Below are positions 12,601 to 25,250 of a stretch of 64,000 nucleotides of DNA, one piece after another. The notes below the pieces were generated by a model. It was not told where the DNA came from. It made no database searches and saw nothing but the letters and a program-made list of their open reading frames with translations. The stretch spans positions 10,218,275 to 10,282,274 of the forward strand of contig NC_134032.1 of the NCBI RefSeq assembly GCF_964204645.1, read 5' to 3'. How positions within the stretch are numbered: the first letter of the stretch is position 1; each line of letters begins with the position of its first letter. The translations under genes were made by a program, and so were the position numbers. This DNA comes from Tubulanus polymorphus. Its lineage: Eukaryota > Animalia > Nemertea.

Positions 12601-15068
12601 TGATTGTATGGTACAGTAGACGTATGTAATAACTTTTCGAAAATGATTTTCTATGTTATATCATTTTGTATAATTTTTACAGTCAAATGGATAATGGGCC
12701 GACTGCTAAAAAGCCGAAACTTGATAATGATGCTGATGTAATCGCTGGAAGTATGGCCGACATTCCCAAAATGAAAATTACGGAGGTACGCATTTCGAAA
12801 AGTTTACCGGAAAAATTGGGTATGCGTAACTTTGAAAATATTGTAGGGACTGTGTTTTGACTTCGAAGAAACATGACCAGACGCAGCTCATTTCAGTCCC
12901 AAACCAAATCTAATGAATTCTGACTGATCTTATAGTTCTAATAGATCTTTGTACTAAAGTCTGTATCTTAAAACCCGGTCTAAGCTATGCACACATAAAA
13001 TGGTTTTTGTTGGTGATATTTTAGGTTAGTACAGTAACTCCAGTTCAAGATTTCTTATATCCCATTGAAAATTCAGACTGTGATCTTATTAGTTTCAATA
13101 GATCTTTGAACTTAAGTCTGGATCTAAAACCCGGTCTAAGCTATGTACGTACACGTAGAATGGTTTTTGTCGATGATGTTTTAGGTCGGTACAGTCACTC
13201 CGGTTCAGGATTTCTTAAATCTCATCGGCCAGAAAGATCAGGACAATTTCACTGAAGGTAAAAAGAAATTTCTCGGCCTTTCAGCATAAAAAAAAGGTTC
13301 GGTTACTATCAGGGCTGAATTTTGTGAAAAATCTGAGCTTGAAAAGTGGTTCAATTTGAATTGTTGAGCCTGTTGAAATGAAAAACCCCGATAATATGTG
13401 TGCTTGAACTGAAAAGATGGTTTGAATCTGAATTTGTATTTACAGCCTGTAAAATGATGCAGAAACAGATCATACAAATCGTGCTATCGTCATTCGGGTC
13501 TCAGTCGTATCAGAAAGCATTTGACTGTGTGCGAGCGCTCAGAGAACAGTGCGCTAAGGTCATCGTCGTTCGTTATTTGCCTTGTCGTCGATTCTCGCGA
13601 GAAAAAAAATCGACAAATTTTTTTTGTGGAAATTTTGAAGTAATTCGTTCGTTTTTGTTTTGCAGAATTCCGAAGTCGACTTTTTCAACCGATTTCTCCG
13701 CGAAATGAAGGATACGATGGCCGACAAAAATCGCAAAGATTTCTGGGATAAAATTGTCTCTGGTGGGTGGTAGAAAATTGATCGCTTCCATTTTAGTCCA
13801 GACATTAATGCCCTTTTTCTACCTATAGGCAAAAAACGCTGAAGGCAGGGTTCGAAAAACGTTTAGCACAATATCTGTATGGTTTCGATTTGATAGAAAT
13901 TGATATTGATAAATAACAATTAAGGGTGGCTACTTACCTGGAAATCAGGGAACAGTCAGGGAAATTTCTTTTTAAAGAGTAGGGGAATTTTGTAAAATAG
14001 CTGAAAGTCTGGGAAAAATTTGTTGAGATTGCTAGATCGCGCTTAAAATCATACAGTCTCCGTCTACCGAGGTATATCTTAAGTATTTGAGTGTTTTAAT
14101 TGATTGGATTCCTAGCAGATCAAGTCAAGGAGAGAAAGCAAGTGAAATTAAAGTGGCCACCGCGCGATTAAGATTTCGGGAAAATATCAATATTTTCCAA
14201 AACAAATCTCAAAGATATTTCAACATCGTTATTGCAGATAAGCTAACGCTGATCAGTCATAGCGAATGTGCGGAGAGCAACGTTTCCGAAACCGACGCCG
14301 TGAACTTCCTCAAAGCAGACGTCGCCAAACCTGAATTGACCGAACCGGAACCGTCTGCTGACGATGCCGACGACCTTGTAAGTTCCTGAAATGAATTCAA
14401 ATGACGCATTGAATTCGATAGTCCCTTCCCCAGACTACTGTTACTATTTCAGAGTATAATTATTACTCTTTGGAGGGTTTGATTACTACGCACATAATGA
14501 AAATACAGTCAGCCCCCCGATATACCGCCAACATCGGTGCAGAACGATTTTGGCGGTATGGAGAGAGTATTTTTACTAAGTATTCGTATAGAGATGTACA
14601 TTGAGAAAACCTGATGGTCGGCGGGGGTGGTAGTATATGAAAGGGCGGTATATCGTGGGTTGACTGTACTCTCAATTTCACTATTATTTCCTGTTCATTT
14701 TCACTTAATCTATTATTTTCGATGCCAAGTTACCATCATTTGTGCCGAAAACTACTGCAAAGGGAGACACTAAGGTTAGGTAGTCTGATCAACTGTCCTC
14801 TATCTTAGATGGCTCCCATTCCCTCTTCCCTTCCTCTAAAATTCTATCCTAAGTAAAATGGCGTTTGTGTTCAAGCGTGAAAAATTGTAAGTCTCAGAAT
14901 TCAGATTTGAAGGTTACATCCAGTTCAAGAAATGCCCTGTCCATCTACTGGCATGCGAGGTCTAAGCCCTCTTCCCACCCTGAATAACAATTAAAATGAA
15001 TTTTTGATAATACATTTAATTGAAAAATTTTTGATTTTGTTTTTTTTTTCCAGTTGGATATGATGTAA
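3692..15068 (+). CDS. XRCC5: Ku80 (X-ray repair cross-complementing protein 5), multi-exon
   Basis: MAAQA (3692-3706) | [13 protein letters not shown] (3935-4048) | [14 protein letters not shown] (5020-5203) | [12 protein letters not shown] (6194-6242) | KRLILFSN (7418-7543) ... [69 protein letters not shown]. Final exon 15054-15068 gives ADDL|LDMM*, the DNA-PKcs-binding C-terminus. AATAAA at 15735. Confidence 0.96.
5204..6193 (+). other. U12-type (minor spliceosome) GT-AG intron of XRCC5
   Basis: 5' site GTATCCTT at 5204; branch-like TTCTTTAAC at 6171, 14 nt before the intron end; the junction restores QSAD-F-IDAF. Confidence 0.85.
7022..7320. mobile_element. piggyBac-like MITE family (TTAA-bounded); relatives at about 9743-10025, 30985-31290 and 34970-35258
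   Basis: Family ends resemble TTAACCCTTTCAGTG...CACTGAAAGGGTTAA; shared internal TACACCGCAGTGCAGTGTAT-like core. Confidence 0.6.
12140..12620. repeat. Degenerate intronic tandem repeat
   Basis: Recurring CAGTAGACT..GCTCAAGTTGAGGTC / ACTTGAGAG.GATATC.GAGTT units. Confidence 0.6.
13922..14162. mobile_element. hAT-like MITE family (AGGGTGGCCAC ends); relatives near 11500-11766, 18870-19060, 30605-30870, 34220-34470, 36130-36372 and 40180-40395
   Basis: Ends AGGGTGGC.AC / GTGGCCACC; most copies share GATTGCTAGATCGC and TTCTTAGCAGATCA. Confidence 0.6.
14506..14666. mobile_element. Tc1/mariner-type MITE
   Basis: TA-CAGTCAGCCCCCCGATATACCGCC ... GGCGGTATATCGTGGGTTGACTG-TA; related partial copy near 59331. 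Confidence 0.7.
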
Positions 15069-16105
15069 GAAGAAAGTTCCAACCTTTATTCGAGTGAAAT
15101 TCAAGGCAGCATCCGAATATTCCGCGCATAAAAAAATGTTTTAGATTGTTAAACGTGTGCACATGTGTGCATGCAAGTTTATTGGACTTGGTTGTGTAGA
15201 ATCCTGAAAAAATTTAGGCCCCTACTGAAAGTTCAACAGAAAGTTTGTTGGAACTGTTTAAATTTCTTTTTACCGCAAATTCAGTTAAAGGGTGGGTGGA
15301 TCGAGCTGTCACCACTTGAGCGGTACACGTGGATGAACGAAGTTCAAATATGAAAGGATCCTTTATTTCGGACGTACGGAAAATTACATTTTGAATCTCC
15401 ACACATGCTCAGATTGCTGGATTGCAGGCTAGCAGAAAAATTTTCTTGGGCGCCCCTCAAACCCAGCCCTCTATGGTGTTGTGATAGTGGAACGAGCAGT
15501 ACCCAGTAGGGACTGAGTTCCACAGAAATCCCACAAAATCATATTAATTAGTCCTGTTTTGATATTCATTAATCTTGTAATATTCACGAAACTGGTTAGA
15601 ATATTTACCTGTATTATTCATGGCTCAATGTTAATTAAAAATGTATTAAATATTATGTTTTCTTTCATTAAAGTTTTACTTTTGTATAGATTTAGTTAAA
15701 GCGTAAGAATCATCGTACATCATTTGTATATGTGAATAAAAAATACTATGAAAAATGAGTTGAATTTTTATGCTTTTGGTTGTGAGGAGATGCAGTGCGG
15801 AGTAGGCACGGTGATGGTCAAGTTCATAATGTGGTCCATGGTTGTCTCATAATAGTACCTAGGATACTGGGGTCAAAAACCTTTTTTATCAGGCCCCTGC
15901 AGGTTGTCTGGGTCCGAGAATCTAAACCATGGGATGTAAAGCTAGGCGTACACACTAAATTTTGCAGTGTTCTACAATCGTAGTGCACTTAATTTCTTGT
16001 TGACAGTCTTGCTATGGTCCTACCGGACTTTTCGCTGCCACTACAGATTGAGAAAGTCCATATCCGTAGATTAGTGACAACCTTCCTTGACAACATACAA
16101 ACAAG

Positions 16106-16290
16106 ATGGCGACCGCAGGTAAAGTTTGGGTCGGTTCTCGACTTGTTTCTGAAATTTCTCGGGGTATTTGAATTATTTTGACGTGACATCGCCGCAATAA
16201 TTCTACTTCAAATATTTCAGGTCACAGACCCAATAGAATTCACGAGTTGTCGCAACCGAAACGAATAACGAAAGGTTTTATCGAAGACCG
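16106..16290 (+). CDS. THEG-like gene exons 1-2, first duplicate copy
   Basis: ATGGCGACCGCAG|gt (16106-16118) and exon 16221-16290 give MATAGHRPNRIHELSQPKRITKGFIEDR; the phase-2 donor fits the exon at 38498. Confidence 0.75.
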
Positions 16291-17647
16291 GTAAGTTGAT
16301 TGAAACACTCGCTTGCCACAGCCGATCATCTTTCTTTAAATTACTTTCGCCGTAATTTTGCAGCCCAGTGGTTCTACTAAACTTCGCCTTTTTCCACTTC
16401 TGCTGTTATAATGTCACAGCATCAATAGTGTCGACAGTCAATAATGTCTCAAATATTTTTGGGCATTTTGGTTGCGCTACCGATATTAGTTGCCCATTTT
16501 CTAGGTTTATAGGCCTATCAACATTTAGAAAAAATAGTGCCTGAATGATTGATTACAATTTTGAAAAAATGGAGGCCTGGTGGTGGGTAAGTTGCATCCT
16601 ATCGGAGGGACCAGGCCAGATAGAAGACCAGTTTTCTTTCAGTTCCGCTGACTTGCACTTAGGCCTAGGCCCTATAGGCCTATAATAGAACTATCTGTAC
16701 TCGTTTTGGGTATTAAACAAATCTTCAGAAATTACATGAAGTCCTGCAAATGCAGAGCGCAATTTTTTTTACGACATGATCTGTACAAATCTGAAAGATC
16801 CAACTTTTTATAGTAGAAATATTAACGGTTCTCGCTTAAACCTATAGCGTATAGATTACTAATTCAACTGTATAAATATGTAATCAGGGATTATTCGTAG
16901 TCGTAATTCAATTATTGGTGTCTTGACACCCGACTGACAATAATACAATAACAGCGCTTATAATGACCAGTGTTTGACCAGTACTTGACCCTGAGACAAA
17001 TATTGAATCTAACATACGATTAACATACAGTATTGTATTCATTCACCGTTAGATCACGGACTCTAGTAGGCCTATAAACCCGTTTGAGACTCCCCTGTTA
17101 ATAAATACAGTAAGGATTAAATTTTTGTGGCTCGAAAATACTTCTGCGGCTCTTCGCGTAGGAAACAATAGTTTTAATTAGACGAGAAGATACACAATAT
17201 CCGTGTATGATGATAACGAGAGAAATCCCACAATAACGAAGCCAAGATTGAAAAATTCTATATCAGAATGATAGTATATAAGGAGCGACGAGTTTCGGCT
17301 AGCAACTGTTAGCCATCATCAGGCATACTGAAGTTTTACTTGTTTTAAGGAAATGATACCTCGTTTCTCATCTCAATCGGCCAGGTCATTTTGTGAACTG
17401 CTATAGAATTTGTAATCAGTACATTTCTATAGTGCTAATTGCTCGGTCTGTTATGGTTAGCTTGATCGTGATTTCAAAAAAAGTTATCTTCTTTATCTTC
17501 TTGTCATCTAGATAAACAAGCCAACCTATGATAAGGCTTACAAGACACATTGACATTTACAAGTACAACAAACATGTGATAAACCGGTACGACTAATTCC
17601 GATTGGATTAAATTGAATTAAGATGAATTATTAGGAATTGCGAAGTT

Positions 17648-17884
17648 TCATTGCCGCTGATATGAATCCGAAAACACTAGAGTTACAACACGACTATTAC
17701 TTAATAGAATTTTGATTTCATCGATATTTGACAAAAGATAGATGTCTAGTCCTAAAATAGCATTGATCTTAGAAAAAAGGTCATTATGTAGATCAACGTA
17801 TTTGAGACAAATGCACACGAAATGTACCTCTGTTTCAACTTCATTCGATGTACATGCAACACATATTCTTTGTTCAATTGGCAA
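17648..17884 (-). mobile_element. LINE ORF2 C-terminal fragment (CCHC zinc knuckle); second copy at 24923-25159
   Basis: RICVAC..EVETEVHFVCIC..Y motif, typical of the 3' end of non-LTR ORF2. Confidence 0.7.
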
Positions 17885-17889
17885 TATAG

Positions 17890-17891
<2 letters not shown>

Positions 17892-17968
<77 letters not shown>
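17892..17968. repeat. (TA)n microsatellite; second copy at 25167-25243
   Basis: Pure TA run of about 77 bp. Confidence 0.98.
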
Positions 17969-17975
<7 letters not shown>

Positions 17976-18619
17976 CTCGAAATTAATAAATGCTTCCTCT
18001 AAGCCGTTAATGATAAAATTGAATTATATTAACAGACTTGAGAACATGGAACTATGTTATGCACGTAAGCCTACCAATATAGAACAGAAAAGTGCCTCGA
18101 ACAAACTACCGATAATCGCTGCTACATGAAAATTACCGATTTAAACCAGTTAATTATGGCCCCCAAATGCTTGGAAAACGTATCTAAGCACCTATGAATG
18201 TAAAATTTTTCTGGGAGAGTGCCCCCAGACCCCCCGTTCTTGATATGAGCTCGAGCCTTCGGCGCTCGTGCCACCATGCTTTAATTTCGAACCAGCGAGA
18301 ACACTGCGGGTATATAAGAGGTTGGCTGGGTGAAATTTAAAGCTCCACAGAATGAAAAGCGAGGTATCAATTTCTTTAGCCAAAGGGTTTTCTTGGCGGT
18401 GCATCCTCCTTTAGGTGACGCCTCAGCTGAATCTGAACGTAGGCCATGAATTCGACCACCGGAAACGATAACGATTGACAAGCACCTAACGATATAATTT
18501 CGAATCGAAAAAACTCAGTTATTCGAAAGAATCCTTTTTATTTTTGCGGCGGAGTTATAGAATAACGCGTTACATGCCTATATCTCATTGACCGGCCACA
18601 GGGAGGGCGCGTTTGATGA

Positions 18620-20267
18620 TTACGGCTTAACGAGTTGCTCATCGAAGTCGATAGGCATAACTTCGCGTATCATTCCATTTTCCATACCAGTCTGAGTAGA
18701 ACAGTCGATGTCCTTGATGTCAGCTTCTGTGACGCCATAAGGTTGAGAACAGCTACCAAGTCTAGGCGTTCCTTTGTACGTATACACTGAAACAAACAGC
18801 AGTCCGGTGTGTGAATTCAACCTGATCCCGCACAACCGCACAACTTTTTTTGCTAAGGGTTCTTTAAGGTGGGATGGCAACATCAGGGAATTTTCTTTTC
18901 GTTTTTCGAAAAAAGTGAAATTTTGTAAAGTAGCGAGAAATCTGGGAAATTTGTTTGAGGCTGCTAGATCGCGCGTAAAATCAAACAGTTTTCGCTGTGT
19001 TCTTAGCAGATCAGGGAAAACAATGCGCGTGTCAGGGAATAAGCATGTCAATTAAAGGTGGCCGGCCTGTATTGTTTTAGTGCCAGCTGGCTAAATGTTG
19101 CATTTGCCGCGTCATAAGTGCTGAAAAGTGTAAATTATACACAGCTACAGACGATGCATACATACCAAACAAGATGTGTGTTTCTCCTTTTTTGAGGCCG
19201 GGGTAACCGCACAGGGACCCGGTAGCTGCGGTCGACACGACCGTCAGAGGGTTTGCCTCCATGGCATCCGCGGGCTAAAATATTCACGCAAAGTACTCAA
19301 AGATTAATTCAGAGAAAATAAGCTAGCTTAGTATATTATGTATTGGTGTAGAAATATTTCGAATGTTACTAAGGCCTTTTTTCTAATTGTTTGGAGTACA
19401 GAGTTTTTCAAGAAAAGAGTGGGAGAGCGAAGGGAAGAAAAATTGGAATTAAAAATTTGTTTATAATAGGCGTTTTCAAATGGAAGGGAACAGGAAGAAA
19501 AATAAGAATGAATGTTTTTTTTTTAAATTATTACAGTATATTCCGCATAAAACTGCAGGAGAAAACATTAAAAAGGAGTGAAAATTGTGATGAATTTGAT
19601 ATGAATGATGGGAGAAATGAAAAAAAAACTTTTTTGCAAATTACAACTTATTAGATTGAAAATCGGACGGACGTATTAAAAAAAATGTTTCTTTTACTGA
19701 AAATTTGTGACGAAAAACAGAAAAAATCTGTTTTTAATTTGGTGATTTTTGCACAATTCGGGGTCAGGGAGACAGATCCGTATTCCATGTAATTAGAAAA
19801 AGAAGGCCTAAGCGTGTAAATAATGAAAAATCGTAATCAGACATGTTAGTTTGATCGTGAAATCAGAAACTAGATGTATTTTCTTCCAACAGTGCAGTAG
19901 TGATTCAGATGGAAATATGTCAGAGGTTTGTCTACGAGCGTTTAAGAGTCAATGCCTCTCACCTTGTAGTATTTCTCGGCGTCTATCTTATAGAATACCG
20001 TTGCAGCATTGACGTTGCCTGGCGTCCTTTCTTTCGATAGGATTTTCGCTTTCAGGACTTTCGGCATTTATGGAAAAGAAAAACAAGTGATTTTGAATTG
20101 TACGCGTACTTGAACCTATCGATTTCCCTCAGAGATCCAACTGGTGATGTAAACGTACCGTATTTGGAAGTGCAGAATTTGTATTTCAGCGTTCTTTGCC
20201 TGCAGCGACACGACAGGGCGGCCGACGATAAGGCCATGAACACTAATACAGCTAGCAATAGTTTCAT
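18620..20267 (-). CDS. Single-domain TIMP/NTR-like secreted protein, copy 1 (mature N-terminus C-R-C)
   Basis: Exons 20267-20159, 20057-19963, 19274-19166, 18786-18620: signal MKLLLAVLVFMALSSAALS, then CRC..FCTSKY|VLKAKI..YKID.EKYYK|..TAATGSLCG..L..G.THILF|VY..RLGSC..DC. Six Cys spaced as in N-TIMP. Confidence 0.88.
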
Positions 20268-20344
20268 TGTTTTTTTTTTATCTCTGATACCGAAGACGCA
20301 ACGAAAATGCTGGAGCATTTATAATGAAAATAGAGAAAGCTTTG

Positions 20345-20526
20345 AATGAAGAAGTCCGACAATTCAAATTTGATACGATGAAATTTATCGAAATGAAGCC
20401 GCTGCGTTTTCAGCTGTTGACTAACAGCCATAATCTACCTGGATGATGGCTGTTGACAGCGGAATGTTGTGGTTTCATTTAATGAATTTTATCGTATCGA
20501 ATTTTGATTGTGGGACTTCTTCGTTC
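20345..20526. mobile_element. Palindromic MITE-like insertion in the TIMP-like 5' UTR intron (copy at 27620-27801; remnant near 32778)
   Basis: GAAGAAGTCC..CAAATTTGATACGATGAAATTT...AATTTTATCGTATCGAATTTTG..GGACTTCTTC hairpin. Confidence 0.65.
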
Positions 20527-20819
20527 ATCAACAGTTTATACGGATAAGACAGTTTTTTAGACGACTACATGGCAAATTATTTATTGAAGGCGTTATTGAC
20601 GGTATCGTGTGATCCGATTCAAGAAAGATTGTTCGAAAATAATCAGAAAATACGCTGAAATTATTCCAGGAAGTAGTAGATTTTCAAACACTGAGCAGGG
20701 GGTTCGAGACCCCCTTATACTCCCCTCGGGGTAGGCTACCCCTTCCACCTGTAGAGTTTGGTTACAGATTAGAATTCGATGTTAATTGTTTATGAGAACG
20801 AGAAAAAGGTAAAACTCAC

Positions 20820-20918
20820 CTTGTCGAGAAACTTATACGCACAGCGATGACGATAGTAGTTAGCTTGACAGGTAAAAATGGTGACTAGACGCGAACTAGT
20901 TATTCCTGGGTTTATATA
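20820..20918 (-). promoter_or_regulatory. TATA box and non-coding first exon of the TIMP-like gene; equivalent TATA boxes at 28186, 33638 and 37506
   Basis: Minus-strand TATATAAA at 20911-20918, Inr-like CTAGTC about 25-30 nt downstream and donor AAG|GTGAGT near 20819; conserved in all four paralogues. Confidence 0.75.
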
Positions 20919-22328
20919 CGACGGGAATGTAATGACCGTTATTATAGTAATCTATATCCAAACGGTAAATATTGTTGATTGCGTGATCCTAAATATGCGA
21001 CAAACATCGATGATGGGAACCGTCTGAAAAGGGACAGTTACGTAATGGCAATTTAAAAAATGAAAACCTATATTTCTGATTGAAAATAGCACACAACTTT
21101 TGTAAAGCTTTAAGATTGATCATTCTTAAGTTTTAAGGACGATTTGGCCCCGATTTTGGATCAGACTTGAGTTAAATTTGGCCATTACCTAATTAGAGAG
21201 CGCGTTCACACATAAACCAATCACTCGATACTAAAAAATGCTCAAACAAAGCGAAGTTTCCGGTACTAATTGCAATTGACACGCAATAAGTTGACCCGTG
21301 CTAAAATTTAGCTCGGGCCAAACAGGCTTGGGTCCGTTAGGCACTTGTGTGTACATTTTTTTTCTTTGAATATCATGTTTTTTCATGAGATTGAAGTAAA
21401 TTCGCTGCGACGACATCCCGTTAAAAATTGACAATTGGCCGCGGCAATCGATCGCCTCCAACGCGCCTGTGTACACAGCAAACATGACTCTCTTCATTTA
21501 TGAAAATGATCTAGATGTTTCCGCCACTTAACGATGATATTCATATAAAACGATTTCGTATTCGTCACGAATCATTTGACCTCCGGGGGCTCATGATATA
21601 GCTAGTATTCGAAATATATTTAAACGCAGTTACGTCAAAACGAACAACTTATCATGATTTATCATTGATATATCTACATCGAGAAAAATAGACGATATTT
21701 GTGACTTGTCCTCTTAATTATGTCAATATAGACTATTCAGAATGCAAATTGTTTTGTATAAACCATGTGGGAATCTATGTCGATATCAGCAGCATGCCTA
21801 GATTTTGCGCGAATGAGACTGCCAGAAACAATAAAGACTGATTAACACCATGGAAATCGCCAATCGGGGAAAAGTAGGGGAAGTTTCTTTTCTTTGAAAT
21901 AGTCGTGTAAAAGTCTGGGAATTTTGTTTAAAAAAATGCAAGCTGAACCTCGGGAAATAGTCAGGAATATTTGTTGAGGACGCTGGTTAAATACGGTGAC
22001 CAAGTTACCATCATTTGTGCCGAAAACTACTGCAAAGGGAGACACTAAGGTTAGGTAGTCTGATCAACTGTCCTCTATCTTAGATGGCTCCCATTCCCTC
22101 TTCCCTTCCTCTAAAATTCTATCCTAAGTAAAATGGCGTTTGTGTTCAAGCGTGAAAAATTGTAAGTCTCAGAATTCAGATTTGAAGGTTACATCCAGTT
22201 CAAGAAATGCCCTGTCCATCTACTGGCATGCGAGGTCTAAGCCCTCTTCCCACCCTGAATAACAATTAAAATGAATTTTTGATAATACATTTAATTGAAA
22301 AATTTTTGATTTTGTTTTTTTTTTCCAG

Positions 22329-22343
22329 TTGGATATGATGTAA
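22329..22343 (+). other. Duplicated XRCC5 terminal exon (LDMM*), followed by a duplicated 3' UTR and polyA signal
   Basis: TTCCAG|TTGGATATGATGTAA, identical to 15054-15068; AATAAA near 23010. Confidence 0.85.
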
Positions 22344-23380
22344 GAAGAAAGTTCCAACCTTTATTCGAGTGAAATTCAAGGCAGCATCCGAATATTCCGC
22401 GCATAAAAAAATGTTTTAGATTGTTAAACGTGTGCACATGTGTGCATGCAAGTTTATTGGACTTGGTTGTGTAGAATCCTGAAAAAATTTAGGCCCCTAC
22501 TGAAAGTTCAACAGAAAGTTTGTTGGAACTGTTTAAATTTCTTTTTACCGCAAATTCAGTTAAAGGGTGGGTGGATCGAGCTGTCACCACTTGAGCGGTA
22601 CACGTGGATGAACGAAGTTCAAATATGAAAGGATCCTTTATTTCGGACGTACGGAAAATTACATTTTGAATCTCCACACATGCTCAGATTGCTGGATTGC
22701 AGGCTAGCAGAAAAATTTTCTTGGGCGCCCCTCAAACCCAGCCCTCTATGGTGTTGTGATAGTGGAACGAGCAGTACCCAGTAGGGACTGAGTTCCACAG
22801 AAATCCCACAAAATCATATTAATTAGTCCTGTTTTGATATTCATTAATCTTGTAATATTCACGAAACTGGTTAGAATATTTACCTGTATTATTCATGGCT
22901 CAATGTTAATTAAAAATGTATTAAATATTATGTTTTCTTTCATTAAAGTTTTACTTTTGTATAGATTTAGTTAAAGCGTAAGAATCATCGTACATCATTT
23001 GTATATGTGAATAAAAAATACTATGAAAAATGAGTTGAATTTTTATGCTTTTGGTTGTGAGGAGATGCAGTGCGGAGTAGGCACGGTGATGGTCAAGTTC
23101 ATAATGTGGTCCATGGTTGTCTCATAATAGTACCTAGGATACTGGGGTCAAAAACCTTTTTTATCAGGCCCCTGCAGGTTGTCTGGGTCCGAGAATCTAA
23201 ACCATGGGATGTAAAGCTAGGCGTACACACTAAATTTTGCAGTGTTCTACAATCGTAGTGCACTTAATTTCTTGTTGACAGTCTTGCTATGGTCCTACCG
23301 GACTTTTCGCTGCCACTACAGATTGAGAAAGTCCATATCCGTAGATTAGTGACAACCTTCCTTGACAACATACAAACAAG

Positions 23381-25164
23381 ATGGCGACCGCAGGTAAAGT
23401 TTGGGTCGGTTCTCGACTTGTTTCTGAAATTTCTCGGGGTATTTGAATTATTTTGACGTGACATCGCCGCAATAATTCTACTTCAAATATTTCAGGTCAC
23501 AGACCCAATAGAATTCACGAGTTGTCGCAACCGAAACGAATAACGAAAGGTTTTATCGAAGACCGGTAAGTTGATTGAAACACTCGCTTGCCACAGCCGA
23601 TCATCTTTCTTTAAATTACTTTCGCCGTAATTTTGCAGCCCAGTGGTTCTACTAAACTTCGCCTTTTTCCACTTCTGCTGTTATAATGTCACAGCATCAA
23701 TAGTGTCGACAGTCAATAATGTCTCAAATATTTTTGGGCATTTTGGTTGCGCTACCGATATTAGTTGCCCATTTTCTAGGTTTATAGGCCTATCAACATT
23801 TAGAAAAAATAGTGCCTGAATGATTGATTACAATTTTGAAAAAATGGAGGCCTGGTGGTGGGTAAGTTGCATCCTATCGGAGGGACCAGGCCAGATAGAA
23901 GACCAGTTTTCTTTCAGTTCCGCTGACTTGCACTTAGGCCTAGGCCCTATAGGCCTATAATAGAACTATCTGTACTCGTTTTGGGTATTAAACAAATCTT
24001 CAGAAATTACATGAAGTCCTGCAAATGCAGAGCGCAATTTTTTTTACGACATGATCTGTACAAATCTGAAAGATCCAACTTTTTATAGTAGAAATATTAA
24101 CGGTTCTCGCTTAAACCTATAGCGTATAGATTACTAATTCAACTGTATAAATATGTAATCAGGGATTATTCGTAGTCGTAATTCAATTATTGGTGTCTTG
24201 ACACCCGACTGACAATAATACAATAACAGCGCTTATAATGACCAGTGTTTGACCAGTACTTGACCCTGAGACAAATATTGAATCTAACATACGATTAACA
24301 TACAGTATTGTATTCATTCACCGTTAGATCACGGACTCTAGTAGGCCTATAAACCCGTTTGAGACTCCCCTGTTAATAAATACAGTAAGGATTAAATTTT
24401 TGTGGCTCGAAAATACTTCTGCGGCTCTTCGCGTAGGAAACAATAGTTTTAATTAGACGAGAAGATACACAATATCCGTGTATGATGATAACGAGAGAAA
24501 TCCCACAATAACGAAGCCAAGATTGAAAAATTCTATATCAGAATGATAGTATATAAGGAGCGACGAGTTTCGGCTAGCAACTGTTAGCCATCATCAGGCA
24601 TACTGAAGTTTTACTTGTTTTAAGGAAATGATACCTCGTTTCTCATCTCAATCGGCCAGGTCATTTTGTGAACTGCTATAGAATTTGTAATCAGTACATT
24701 TCTATAGTGCTAATTGCTCGGTCTGTTATGGTTAGCTTGATCGTGATTTCAAAAAAAGTTATCTTCTTTATCTTCTTGTCATCTAGATAAACAAGCCAAC
24801 CTATGATAAGGCTTACAAGACACATTGACATTTACAAGTACAACAAACATGTGATAAACCGGTACGACTAATTCCGATTGGATTAAATTGAATTAAGATG
24901 AATTATTAGGAATTGCGAAGTTTCATTGCCGCTGATATGAATCCGAAAACACTAGAGTTACAACACGACTATTACTTAATAGAATTTTGATTTCATCGAT
25001 ATTTGACAAAAGATAGATGTCTAGTCCTAAAATAGCATTGATCTTAGAAAAAAGGTCATTATGTAGATCAACGTATTTGAGACAAATGCACACGAAATGT
25101 ACCTCTGTTTCAACTTCATTCGATGTACATGCAACACATATTCTTTGTTCAATTGGCAATATAG

Positions 25165-25250
<86 letters not shown>

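Noticed and set aside
16070-16095. RFX X-box in the THEG-like promoter
   Set aside because: Only half-site matches (TGACAAC); too weak to call.
17742-18002. ORF with a YIYIYI run (also 25017-25277)
   Set aside because: Translation of a (TA)n microsatellite.
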